A DNA stretch of 46,617 bases, counting the filler, from Sphacelaria rigidula (taxonomy: Eukaryota): assembly GCA_964200075.2 (NCBI GenBank). It is 2 parts of 2 records of this genome, joined end to end, with 100 filler letters (N's around TTAATTAATTAA, not from the genome) between each part and the next. Parts side by side here need not be neighbours in the genome. Positions count along the whole stretch, not along the records: positions 23,361 to 46,617 come from CAXNAA020000272.1; 1 more part is not named here. One strand, written 5' to 3'. Position numbers and translations under genes: made by a program. Positions 36,401 through 46,617 of this stretch are shown in pieces. Within the stretch, counting starts at the first letter, position 1. Every line of letters starts with the position of its first letter. The notes beneath the pieces were generated by a model that ran no database searches, was not told where the DNA came from, and saw only the letters and a list, made by a program, of their open reading frames with translations.

Positions 36401-38945
36401 TTCAGGCTGAAATCTGCGGTCACTGCGTTTTTGTCCCCCTTCAAGCAAACAGATTGCCGTTTGGCGCAAACAGATTCTCTCCGGATCTTGGGGGGTGTGG
36501 TATTGCACCGACGAATCCGCCAATCCCAAGCGATAAACAGTGGACAGATTTTGAGCAAACATCCTTCTGAGCCTCGACAGGGATAAGACACGACCCTAGG
36601 TACGGAATTGATGGGGAAAATCAGCTTCGAATCAAAGTCTTGGGGGGAGCGGGGGGGAGGGGGTAAGTCACGTTCACCCTTTGACCGCGAGGGTAGGTCA
36701 CCTGCTGAATCGGCATCAATTTTACCTTGAAAAAAGTATGTGTGATACAGATGGACTAACCGCACCAAGTAGTCCAAAGGTTAACTCTTAGACCGCGAAA
36801 TTAGTCTTTCTGGATCATGCATACTTTTTTTCACTTGAAATCGATGCCGATTCAACAGAAGACTCACCTCGCAGTCTAAGGGTTAAATCCCCCCATCGGC
36901 ACAGTCACCGAAATAACGATTAATTGAGTTACTGAATGGTTGGAAGAACCAGCTTATTATCATTATATCCGTCACATTAGTTCGCAGGTAACTGGACTTT
37001 ATCCATTCAAACCAGTTGCAGTCATCCGTTAAGAGTGGACAACTGTCAGCTTCACCACCCCCCACTACGCCAGGAATTCCTGGGAAGGCGACGCGGTGAG
37101 TTTGCGCTGAGACATCCCACCCTGGGCTGGTGAGGGTCGGGTCGGAGCCAAGAAAAATATGTATTTGACTTCAGCCATCTTTGAAATCATGTCGATATTT
37201 TGCCTGTAAAAGCGAGAGGACTTCGAGCAAAGCGATTAGTGCGGATACTCCCTGGTGTTGAGCTACTTTACTCACACGCACAGGCGATCCTTAGCTGCTG
37301 ACGGTCCTTTTCCAATTGCGTGTACTCTTGGAGATAACAGGGAGGACAAGGTTTTTTGTTGTGAACATTTTTATGGGCGGAGAAGAATTTGACCTACTTT
37401 TAGCTCATTTGTCAAACGGCCTAGGGGAGGGAAAGAAGGGGGAGGGTACTGGCTGACAGTCGGCAGTCATCCCTTATTCAAATGTATGGCAAACGTACGT
37501 ATCAATGAAGTGATGAGGCGAGACCGCCCCTTCCGAGAATGCAGGAGTTTTTTTTAGCTACACATTTTGATCCTGACAGTGTTTTTTGGCATGGCGAGCT
37601 CGCGACACTTTGGTCAATCTGCAATGTTTCTGCGATTGATAAACCCTTAGACCGCGATGCAGGTAGTCCATCTGGATCATAGATTATAGTCATTTTTTTC
37701 AATTACAATTGATGCCGATTCAGAAGGTGATCTACCCTCGCAGTCCAAGGGTTGGTCTTTCAGGGAGTCGGTAAACTGCGACCGCTAACTAATAAAATCG
37801 TTTCTTCGCGGATACTCACAGCACAGCAGGCCATTCCTACCGTATGCATCCGCCTCGCCGTCCATCCATGCGAAAACAACGCGAGAGGATCAGCGTGTGC
37901 ATACTTTTCGATGGGAAAAAGAAATCGCTCAGGCAGAAGAGATGGTCGGAGGACTGGAAGCTTCTTTTCGACGAGAAAATTGAAAATGTCGAGAAAAAAA
38001 AATAGAAGCCACACAGCCGAAAATCGTTGCTAGATTTTCTTTTCTTTTTTTCGGAATTTTAACCCTTCGACGACAAGCGCAGGTCGTCTTTCGAATCGCC
38101 GTCAATTTTATTCGAAAATAAATATGTATGATCCAGATCACCCTCACGGCCAAGGGATTGAAGTGCAACAGCATTCATTGGCAAAACTGGGTCATGACAA
38201 CAGTGGGGTGTGCACATATTATTTTATTACAACACGTGGGCCTGAATAGACGAATGCTTCGCGGTGGGACGGCTCAGCGCTACGAGCACGATAGAGAACC
38301 CAAATATGGGAACTGGACTCTGGCGGTCTTTCAAGTATGCCGATTCGATACACAACACATCCTGGTCGGACAAACGTATTTGGAGCGCCGGCTGAGGCCG
38401 TGTCTCACCAAATTGTTTTCGTGTCGAGAACGTGCGGTCGAATCGAATTCGCTCGTTTCTCATTCGCCCACGCTCTTTATTTTCTCAGATGGTTGAGAAC
38501 ATGGATACCGTGGACGTATCAAGTAAGAGCAAATTCGATTCCACCGTCGAATACGATTTCGAACCGAAAATAATTTGAGAAGACACGACCTAAACACCCA
38601 GGCTCTTTGTTTTTCGGGTAGAAATCGTGCCGAATAGGACATGGCCCGCACCTGTACATCAAACTCGAGGTTCTCGGGATCTATTACTGTCGACGTACAC
38701 CGGAACCTCGAGTTTGAGACATTCCCAGGGGGTGATCATTTTTAATCGAACTTGACCTACAGGGGTGGGCATCGAACCTCCTGAATCGAGACCATTTCGC
38801 TCCACAAATGGGTTCCAACTCCCGGGCGACACACCCCAGCCATGGAAAAGGGTTGTGGATGGAGTGCAGACAGTAAAATCGCGTCACTAGTCTCGAACGA
38901 GCATGCAGCGAAACCCAGGCATTTTCTCCCGTAGGATGTGGGGCT

Positions 38946-38978
<33 letters not shown>

Positions 38979-39475
38979 CGGTCTACACCTTTCGGTGTGT
39001 AAGGACGCATCAGCCGGGGTCACACAGGAGAAAGGTCAACACAGGAGTTTTTCAATCTTGTTTGTTTCAGTTCTCCACCTTCCTTCTGCGGTGCTTGCCT
39101 CCAATGTTTCTCGTGAGAGGGATTAAGCAGTCCCTTTCCCCCGTCGACTGTTGTGAAGTCGAATTTTGGTATTGCGGGGTACAAATAATTTCCAAGCCGC
39201 CATCATAAAAAATCATCCTTGACGCATGTTCGAAGCAAATGAATATGAGCATAAAGGTATTTTGATCGAATGCAATAACGAATGTGGAGGGTTTGGTTGG
39301 GATCGGTTTGGGGAGGTGGCGATAGAACGGTTGCGTGACTGTGGTGATGAATACATGCGATGAAAGGGTTTGGGTGGGATTGGATTGATTATGGAGGGGA
39401 AAATGCAGTTTAGGGGTTTACTGCCATGAGTAGACAACATCAACGCGTCCACAATCCATAGACGTTTCATCGGAC

Positions 39476-39531
<56 letters not shown>

Positions 39532-40992
39532 CTGCAAAACTCGACCCTTGGATCATCAGGGTGGAGCATTTGTTGAATCGGCATCGACTTTACCCGAAAA
39601 GTGGACAAGAGCCGAAGACCCCAGCACGGCGGAGAAAGAACACCTCCTAGCAGTATTCACGGCAACAGGCAAATAGTGAGATGCAAAAAGTGTATCGTGT
39701 ACAGTATGGAATCTATAATAGTGCATCTGCATAAAACAGATTCGACTCTGTACGAAGTACATTTTTTGCCACTGTCCGTGATCTTCAGTACAGTCCGCTG
39801 TGTGCAATAAATAGGCTTCATGCTTGGCACGAAAAATTTCCAAGGAGCCAACTCTCCGCACTTCACTCTGACTGAGGATTTACTTATCGTTTTTCACTCG
39901 ACCATTGGGTCATCACAGCACAGATCCATTTTGGCCGTCGTTGGAAATCATCATTAGTTACGGGCGGTCTAGGCAGCTGGGTGCTTTCGCGACACCACCT
40001 TGGCAGACCCTTCGAACCGCTTACCGTGTGAAATGCGGTACAATGGAGAGATAAACCGAAGTTGTTGTTGCCTCCAGAATAAAAGAGTCATCTCACCCTC
40101 GATATCCCGGTATATTTCAAAGTAATTCAGTCAGAAATGTATTACACTCAAATATAGCGGGGATCCCGAGTTTGAGATACCATATCTCTAAAATGTGGTG
40201 GGCCAAAAGAGTAACTGTACGACCCAGATTGCAACTGCGTCGTACCGACTATTTCCTAACCGCTCATGGTGTGCAGATTCCGGTAACGAACTGGCATGCA
40301 TGTTCGATCATGTGCTGTACTGGCTGTCGTTCTGTGCACCGATTGTGTCCCATACGAAACGCCTCTTATAACCCTGCAGTAAGCGAGTCGATCTCATGAA
40401 GACAGCCAGGTGCGCCCCAAATGAACGAGACAAAGGACTGCGCTGGGCTAATTGATTTTCCAGCGGAGCAACACAGACCTCTCCGGCATGATGGTACCGA
40501 GTTTAGGCCGATTCTTTCAAGGCTGACAACAAAAAGCGACGAGCAAAGCAAGCGTTCAAAAGCAGCATGGTGCTTGGTCGCCGCGATATCACGCGGCGGG
40601 ACGATCAATAAACATGCTTCTGGACGCTAACTTTGCTGTTTGCTGTTCTCTTGCAGACGGGCAGCTTAGTTCGTGTGGCGGGAACAGCAGACGAGCGGCA
40701 AGCTGACGGTTGAGCCGTTTCATGTTGTCACCGCAGCAGCCGCATTTTCTCTGACGTTTCTCGAAAAAATTATGTGGGAAACAAAGTGGGAAACAAGGAA
40801 AAATTGTGACAGGGTCGCTGCTGTGTGTGTGTTACCGACTTGTGTTGTAAGGTGAGTCCGTACGACATATGATTAATGTCGCGCGAAAAGCGACTGCATG
40901 CTCTGGTGACATGCACACCCTCTCCACCTGTAACAGCGTTTGAATCGTAGTCAGGGGTGCCAAAACATACAAAATTTACAAACTGGGAGCCG

Positions 40993-41046
<54 letters not shown>

Positions 41047-42505
41047 GCAGAAAGTACAAGGAAATCGGCCCATTTAGAACTACTATTTCATTGACTGGGG
41101 CCTGCTGATATACTTTTTCGCAAGAAAGAGGCTACCTGGTACCATGTACATACCTCGACACAGACTTGACATCGCTGAAACCGGCGCGACTGCGGACCGT
41201 GTCGCTCCCGGGACGCCGACTCCCCTTCCCACGCTTAAGAATACCTCGGCTCAGGCTGCGGCCAAGGGAGGAATTGTTCCCTGAGTACGTCGGCGTTCCA
41301 CCTGTTTCGGGGGTCGTCTTCCTCGTTCTCGCTTTGGCCACTCTTTCCATAGCCGTGTTATCTGCTTCGATGATGTCGTAGATGTCGGGCTCGAGGTTGA
41401 TCTGCACGCCGCTGCGCGTGCTGCGGCTTCGTGTACTGCTGCTCGTGAAAGCATGGCAGATGTTGGCGTACCGTACATCGATTGGCGTAGTCAGTTGGTC
41501 GAGCTCAGCGGACGGGGCGGGTGGGTTGACCGTTCATTTTGCGAACTTTCAAAAATGTATGTGTTGAGACCTCTGCACAAAGCAGATGGATGAGTGAAAA
41601 AGGCGCTTTTTGACGCTATTCGACGTGGTTTGGAGAGGGGGTGTTTCTTCACATCTCTGCGAGGAAGTTTTGAAAATGCCAAGAAAGGAGAGACAAATAG
41701 AAAACGGCTGCGCGTACAAGCGTTGATTGATCGATCGATTAGTTGTCGCCTCTTAACCGGTCCTCCAACGATCCAGCCATGATCACATGATGGATGTACC
41801 CGAGATAATAACAAGACGGAAACTCTCGCTGAAGAAAAGAGAAGCCATCAAAGGTGGAGTAGACATGCGAGTACAAGAAGACAAGAAGAAAAAAAAGGAA
41901 ACGAAACGAAACAAGCACAGAAGTGTGGCCGTATGGATGCATCGTTCCCTCTCCCCGTACCTCGGCGCATCACCAGGAACGGAGATATTGGATACGAGGT
42001 TGCTCATGCCGCGGGAAGAGCCGTTGCCGGAGAACATCGATATTCCATTTTGCACGTTCGACCCTGACCCTCCTGTTTGGCTGTCTGCCCGGAGCGGTGT
42101 GCCGCTGTCCTGGAGGGTGACACCCCGCCGAGGGAGATCAATGGGCTGGTCCGCGACAAAACGAGGAGATGGAAAGCAGCAATGAGAACGGGGAGAGCAG
42201 CGGGAACCCGAGGAGAGTGGGAAAGGGGGGGGGGAGGGTAAGACGCGGGACGAAGCCGCGTTTTCGAAAGCCGTTCTACCCCGCGTATGCACTGGACACG
42301 GAATGGTTTTGATGTGGAGAGGCAATATGTACCTCATCTACGTGAAGATGCATTTTGCCGAAATTCGAAAGCAGACAACGAGGACAGGAGAAGCTAGTAC
42401 ACACACACATACACACACCTGTACAGGGTGTTCCGGCAAAGGCGACTGCGGTACCCATGAGACTTCGTCTACCAGCTTTGGATCATCCGGCGGAAGGAGG
42501 TCCAT
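23593..42505 (-). CDS. Cellulose synthase-like glycosyltransferase (GT2, CesA/BcsA-like), 3'-truncated
   Basis: 14 GT-AG exons in consistent phase: 42505-42419, 42109-41961, ~41438-41154, 33479-33339, ~32625-32406, 31820-31740, 30733-30575, 30152-30100, 29298-29073, 28142-28029, 27746-27485, 26934-26790, 25181-24992, 23670-23593 (~730 codons). Motifs: TM LAVLNVGIGILYLQWR; TM WWWSFFLAEVFLAIAVW; RVAILLPTAGE; VVVLDE; LPTLVYYSR; KAGNMNAA; VVNDARH; IAFVQTPQRF...DPLGN. TED and QxxRW exons are absent. The five 5' exons are less certain (about 0.6), and extra exons in 33480-41153 cannot be excluded. Confidence 0.85.
23807..23914. mobile_element. piggyBac-like MITE copy (degenerate)
   Basis: Same internal sequence (GTTGAATCG.CATC.ATTTCACTTGAAA..AGTATG...TGAT.CAGATGGAC.ACCCTCGC) as the 34.5-38.2 kb cluster. 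Confidence 0.7.
25525..25586 (+). repeat. Family X repeat copy
   Basis: CATGAAACCACGGCTGGACCCCTGGGGAGTCAGTTGAAGTGCGACAATCAATCAATCAAACC. Confidence 0.8.
32721..32814 (+). mobile_element. Family Y copy flanked by 14-bp direct repeats
   Basis: CATTGTAGCGCGCG at 32721-32734 and 32801-32814 brackets the 66-bp unit. Confidence 0.65.
33535..33820 (-). repeat. Family Z cluster (about three partial tandem units)
   Basis: Repeated GTACTCATGAT..TGCATGCC...GACC.TTGA.C.C..ATCCCTACAAAGCCG.GACG.AGCACGCCGG..T.TCGCCGGAC. Confidence 0.75.
34558..38156. mobile_element. Cluster of about nine ~100-110-bp piggyBac-like MITEs
   Basis: Units with terminal inverted repeats (TTAA)CCCTT.GACCGCGAGG...CCTCGCGGTC.AAGGG(TTAA) at ~34558-34663, 35019-35122, 35866-35971, 35968-36073, 36070-36175, 36673-36784, 36781-36886, 37640-37753 and 38059-38156. 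Partial copy at 39545-39604. Confidence 0.8.
35518..35595 (-). mobile_element. tRNA-like Pol III head (SINE or tRNA pseudogene)
   Basis: Minus strand reads GCCCCGGTGGTGTAATGG (A box)...GGTTCGATTCC (B box)...TTTTT. The acceptor stem does not pair, so it is not a functional tRNA. Confidence 0.55.
39477..39529. repeat. (AC)n microsatellite
   Basis: About 26 AC units. Other microsatellites at ~38948-38977 (TG) and ~12569-12611 (TA). Confidence 0.9.
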
Positions 42506-42832
42506 CTCGACCTTAGCGCAGGACTACAGCACTTGACCCAAACCCGTTTTGAGTTGGGTGTGCGTGCGTAAGAAGGAGAGAAAACGATGCGGTACGAAAT
42601 TTCAGCTGCGGATCAGATTAAAAAGTCGAAAGTGATTCATCAAGAAAAGGAATTATTCTAGAATGTACAACAGTCGGTTTGATACACGTGTCAAGTCGCA
42701 GCCCCACTGCTCATGACATCATCCGCGCATTCTGAACGACAAACCGAACTGTGACTCTGCCTCGTACTCCACGTAGCCCGTACCACCACAATCGCCACCA
42801 ACACCACCACAACACCACAGCAAGACGCCACT
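42506..42832. promoter_or_regulatory. Putative bidirectional promoter region
   Basis: Only 327 bp separate the predicted ATGs of two divergently transcribed genes. Confidence 0.45.
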
Positions 42833-45800
42833 ATGGTACGTGTAGCTGACAGCAGCCTGCCGCTCGTTGCCCTCGTGCTTGCGCTGTGCGCTCAATATGA
42901 CGAAGCATTCGTCGTTCCCCTTGGACGGGTTGGAGGACATCCGGTTCGACGATCAGCTCACAGGAGTACATCGGGCGTTAGTCGTGTCCCTCCTCAGCAG
43001 GTCCGGCGACAGGCAGAGACCATGCAGGACAATTTGAGGAGGGAGGCAAGGGTCCGGCGGGCGCCCTTGATGGCGACACTTCGGCCAGAAGAGACGTCTA
43101 CAGGGTGAGTTGACTGCTGTACTGACCACAGGGTCTGAGCTACTGGACTGACTTGCGGCACACGTACCCCTGGCATGCTTGACATCCGACGGTTATGAGC
43201 TTGCCTGGCTGTAACCCCACTACTTCTTCACTGACGTCGATCGATCCCCGAACAAATGACATGGAAGGGACTCGACGTGCCGTACGTGCTGCGATGCCGA
43301 CGTCAGCGAGGAAGTAGTACTAAACCGCCTGTTCGTCACCCCCTTGGAGCGATCTTTGAGATTGCTGTATCATGAGCAGCTTGCCCACGTGGCTGTCGCA
43401 CAATCAATCTTCTCAGCCGATGCGTCGTGAATCCTACAGGATTCATCAGGGATGCGCCATGCGACGGCAAGGTCCGCTTCAGGCAACTGAAAATGCCCCC
43501 ACCCACCCCCCCTGTTGCCAAGGTCATGCTGTCGTGTGTGCTCTTGGGTAGCAATACTTCATTTCAGTTTCGGGTACTATCGTACGTGGGTAACAGTCGA
43601 AAGTCTTGAAACTCTTTGACCCGAAGTACGTCGGCTTCGGTGCGCAAGAGTATCTCAAACTGGCTCTTTGTGCAACTTGCACACCGCATCTCACGGTTAC
43701 AGGTTTAGATACGGTCAACCTACCCCTCTGTGCAAGGCAGAGCGAGTGCGCACATGCATCTCTGCTGGTCCTGTTGTATAAGTCACCACCCTAGATTCCT
43801 CTACCCCACCTGCTATATTACTTTGTACACACCCAGTTGCTGTCGGTGTTGAGAGCTTTGTCGTGATATATCTGGTCTATAACGATATTCGTACAGCTGG
43901 ATGACACAATTATCTCGTGTTCGTTTGTTGACGTCGTTCGTGATAAAAGCAGGATTGGTGCAACAAGCGGTTCAGAAGAGCCGCCAACGAGGTTAGGCCG
44001 CATCTCGAAGCGCTTCCGAAAAATGATCCGAAAATCCATCATGGGGTACCTACCCGAAGAGGAGGCTGCCAAAGATCAAGCAGAGGCAGATGCCCTGGCA
44101 GCAGAGCGACTCGCGCGCACGCAGGTGAGTGCGGGCGAGATGCCTCATGAAGGCGTTTGTTGTTGTTGCTCGAAGCACAGATAGTTGCGGTTCAGCATAG
44201 CCATGCCTGAACCGTTGCAACAGTATATGCCGCGCACCACTGAAACCTGGGGAAAATATGGGCTTGGTGAATTCGTGAGCGGGGTCTCGATGCTAGAGAT
44301 GTACAGCCACGTCTTTGCAACAGTATAGACAGTAGCGCTGAGCTGTCGCAACCGACGTCTCTTGGTCGTCAGTGACAGTTGGTAAAAAAGTTTGTCGTGG
44401 TTGCGGGTAAAAAAACAGACGGGTCATCACGTACTGAAGATCTCAGTGCAGCACATCAGTGGACGCAACTCCCCTTGACGATAAGTAAGCGGTCTGCCAA
44501 TTGGCCTTCTACCTACCTTGCAACAGTGCTGGACAAAAACAAAGTGTCAGTGCTATGTACTGTAGTTTGAAGTGTGCGTGTGTGTGTATATATATTCGTA
44601 CATATATATGTCGCGTGTGTATGTGTGCGTGCCATGGTCAACGAACACATCCAGGTGCACCAAGAGCACCTCATGGATGATGCTGCCGAGGCCCGCCGGG
44701 CGGCGGAAGACGTCGTGGCTGCTGCGCATGGCGAGCCTGTGGCGGTACCAGATATGGTGCAGCTAGACATAGGCGACACCAGCCCTATGGTGCGATAGCA
44801 TCACAGAGGACAACAGCGATCTGTCGTGCCTTTCTTGTGGCTGTAGTGTAACCTGGACTCATTACTCATCTCTTGCCCCAACGGCAGTGCGTGCTGACGG
44901 TTGGCTGATGATCCATACTATACACCCATGAGCCGTGCAAACATATATAGACACGGTGCGGAAATTCAACGCCGAACTGGTGTGTTAATTATTATAATCG
45001 CAAGCTAAATTCTTAATATCATTTTATTGGTGAGGCCACTTCTTGTGGCAAACAGTACTAAAATTGTGGAAAACTACCTTGCCGGAGACGCCGTGAAATG
45101 CCTTGCTGTACTCATTGAGGCGATTCCAGCAGAGTTGTTCGTCTTCCCGGTGGCCGCAATTTTTTTCTCGGCCTAATTCGCTTTTTCTGAGAGACACCTC
45201 ATTTTTCCAGGAGATCGGTCAAGTTCCCGGTTTTGTCTTGTCATCATACTTCCGCTCTCATGAGTAAAGTCCGTTATGGGGGAGAGGCCGTACCTCGTCA
45301 ACGGAGGTCCTCACGATGTTATGGTTAGGTTCGTTGAAAACATTTAGTTGTGGAGATCGCCACTGTAGAAATCAAAAATCAAATAATCGACCCACAACCT
45401 TGGCATCGTTGAGTCAAACATGGCCAAATTTTGATCAGTACGCTTCGGGCGGGACAGTCTAAGCAGGATGCAGCTCACCGTTCATGCGACTCGCCAAATC
45501 CATCACGGCGCTTCGCGCTGGGTGATTGACTGCGTGCCTGGTCCGGCGAAAGCCCGGTGTGCTCCGTCCCGGGTTTGTAGCGATGCGAGGTCAAGAACGA
45601 TATGACTATAGCATGCGAGTCCATGAGTACACGGCCCTCCCTTGCACATCACCGTGTTTCGCGGCAGCGAATAAGCTCCCGTGTATCATGACGGCGACTT
45701 GCACCAATAACGATTCGGCCGCGTACGTACTGTAATGACGACCCCGAAACACAAACGAACAATCTCGGTGCAGGAGGCGCAGGACATGATGGCTAGTTTG

Positions 45801-46054
45801 CGTAAGAGGAGTGAGGAGGTCAAGCAATCGCCGTCACCGGTGGAACGGGAGCAGCAGCAGCAACTGGAAGACGTCGCAGGGGATGATGCCCCAGAAACGG
45901 ATATGGAAAGAATGACGAGGGAGATCCAAATGAGAACGCAACGGAGAAGACAGGAGCGCCGAGCGATCGAGGAGAAGAGACGGCTGGAACAGCAGGCGGC
46001 CGACGAGAAGATGAAGATTTCGAGGGAGAAGTTGTCAGGAGGACGCCCGGCTAG
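42833..46054 (+). CDS. Hypothetical protein with signal peptide and plastid transit-like peptide, Glu/Arg-rich coiled coil; 3' end unresolved
   Basis: Exons 42833-43104, 43953-44124, 44655-44789 and 45774-46054 with GT-AG sites (two GTGAGT donors) and consistent phase. N-terminus is MVRVADSSLPLVALVLALCAQYDEA-FVVP followed by an R/S-rich stretch. Later sequence includes MERMTREIQMRTQRRRQERRAIEEKRRLEQQ. Confidence 0.7.
45481..45631 (+). repeat. Family Z repeat copy
   Basis: Aligns by eye with 16296-16445. A further fragment lies at ~46405-46440. Confidence 0.8.
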
Positions 46055-46617
46055 GTAATTTTTTTCCGTATTTTATTTTGGACTTGCTAGCGCCGGTACA
46101 CACTGCTTGCACTCCCGAAGGTGACGGGTTGTTGTGTCAATGCGTGTGCCCCTCACTTCCCCTTGCCATGTATGTAGGTTTTATAGTTGTCAAGGTCAAG
46201 TCATGATCCAGCGAATAAACAAATATTAAGGATCTGGTAGCATACAACATGCCGGAAGAATTATGTACGTCGTTCGTGTTTTATATGCGTTTCCGTGTAG
46301 GTTGAGGTACGCTAAGGCTAGAGTCTGCAGTTCGGGATGGGTAATGTTTCTGGGCGTGTAAAGCTTCAGACCCCCCCCCCCCCGCGCGCGCTACTACATA
46401 GTCTCACGACTAAAGCATGCGTGATCATGAGTACACCCCCCGTACTACAGGATGGAGGTTGAGGGTTGAGTACGAGAGAGGCGAATCTAAAGCAGGGTCA
46501 TTATATGAATCACAGTCCCGTGGGGAAGCAATTGCTGAAGTTACGGTAAAGTTTGTGCGAGAAGATGACGTGTCTGTAGGATGTCTTCGCGCACAAGCCA
46601 AACCCCCCCCAGCGAAC

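Noticed and set aside
35866..36886. Regularly recurring repeats suggestive of a CRISPR array
   Set aside because: The units are ~100-bp TIR elements with homologous interiors in mixed orientation. There are no unique spacers and no cas genes, and the site is a eukaryotic intron.
46179..46545. Further exons of the plus-strand gene
   Set aside because: Candidate AG/GT pairs give phase conflicts or immediate stops, so they are left unassigned.

Overview
Eukaryotic assembly window, most consistent with a brown alga (Phaeophyceae). It holds two contigs joined by an artificial N44-TTAATTAATTAA-N44 spacer at 23261-23360. Bases 1-~3155 are AT-rich plastid DNA in three gap-separated pieces: a red-type rbcL fragment; rbcS (GTG start), two hairpins and an rpl32-like ORF; and a chlB fragment. 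The chlB piece runs without a gap into an intron of a nuclear gene. I reconstructed three intron-rich nuclear genes by hand from GT-AG sites with consistent phases. Gene 1 (minus, 22695->3221, 11 exons, both ends missing) fuses an FAD amine-oxidase/desaturase-like domain to a cyclopropane-fatty-acid-synthase-like domain. Gene 2 (minus, 42505->23593, 14 exons, 3' end cut at the spacer) is a GT2 cellulose-synthase-like gene with a non-canonical DAR in place of DxD. Gene 3 (plus, from 42833) lies head-to-head with gene 2 and encodes a probable plastid-targeted charged/coiled-coil protein. The introns carry several short repeat families: a piggyBac-like TTAA MITE in tandem arrays, tRNA-headed SINE-like elements, a (CAAT)n-tailed element, a ~65-bp family with one apparent target-site duplication, and a 154-nt fold-back that is a miRNA or MITE candidate. 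Most ORFs in the six-frame track are spurious. No database searches were run; family calls rest on motif recognition.
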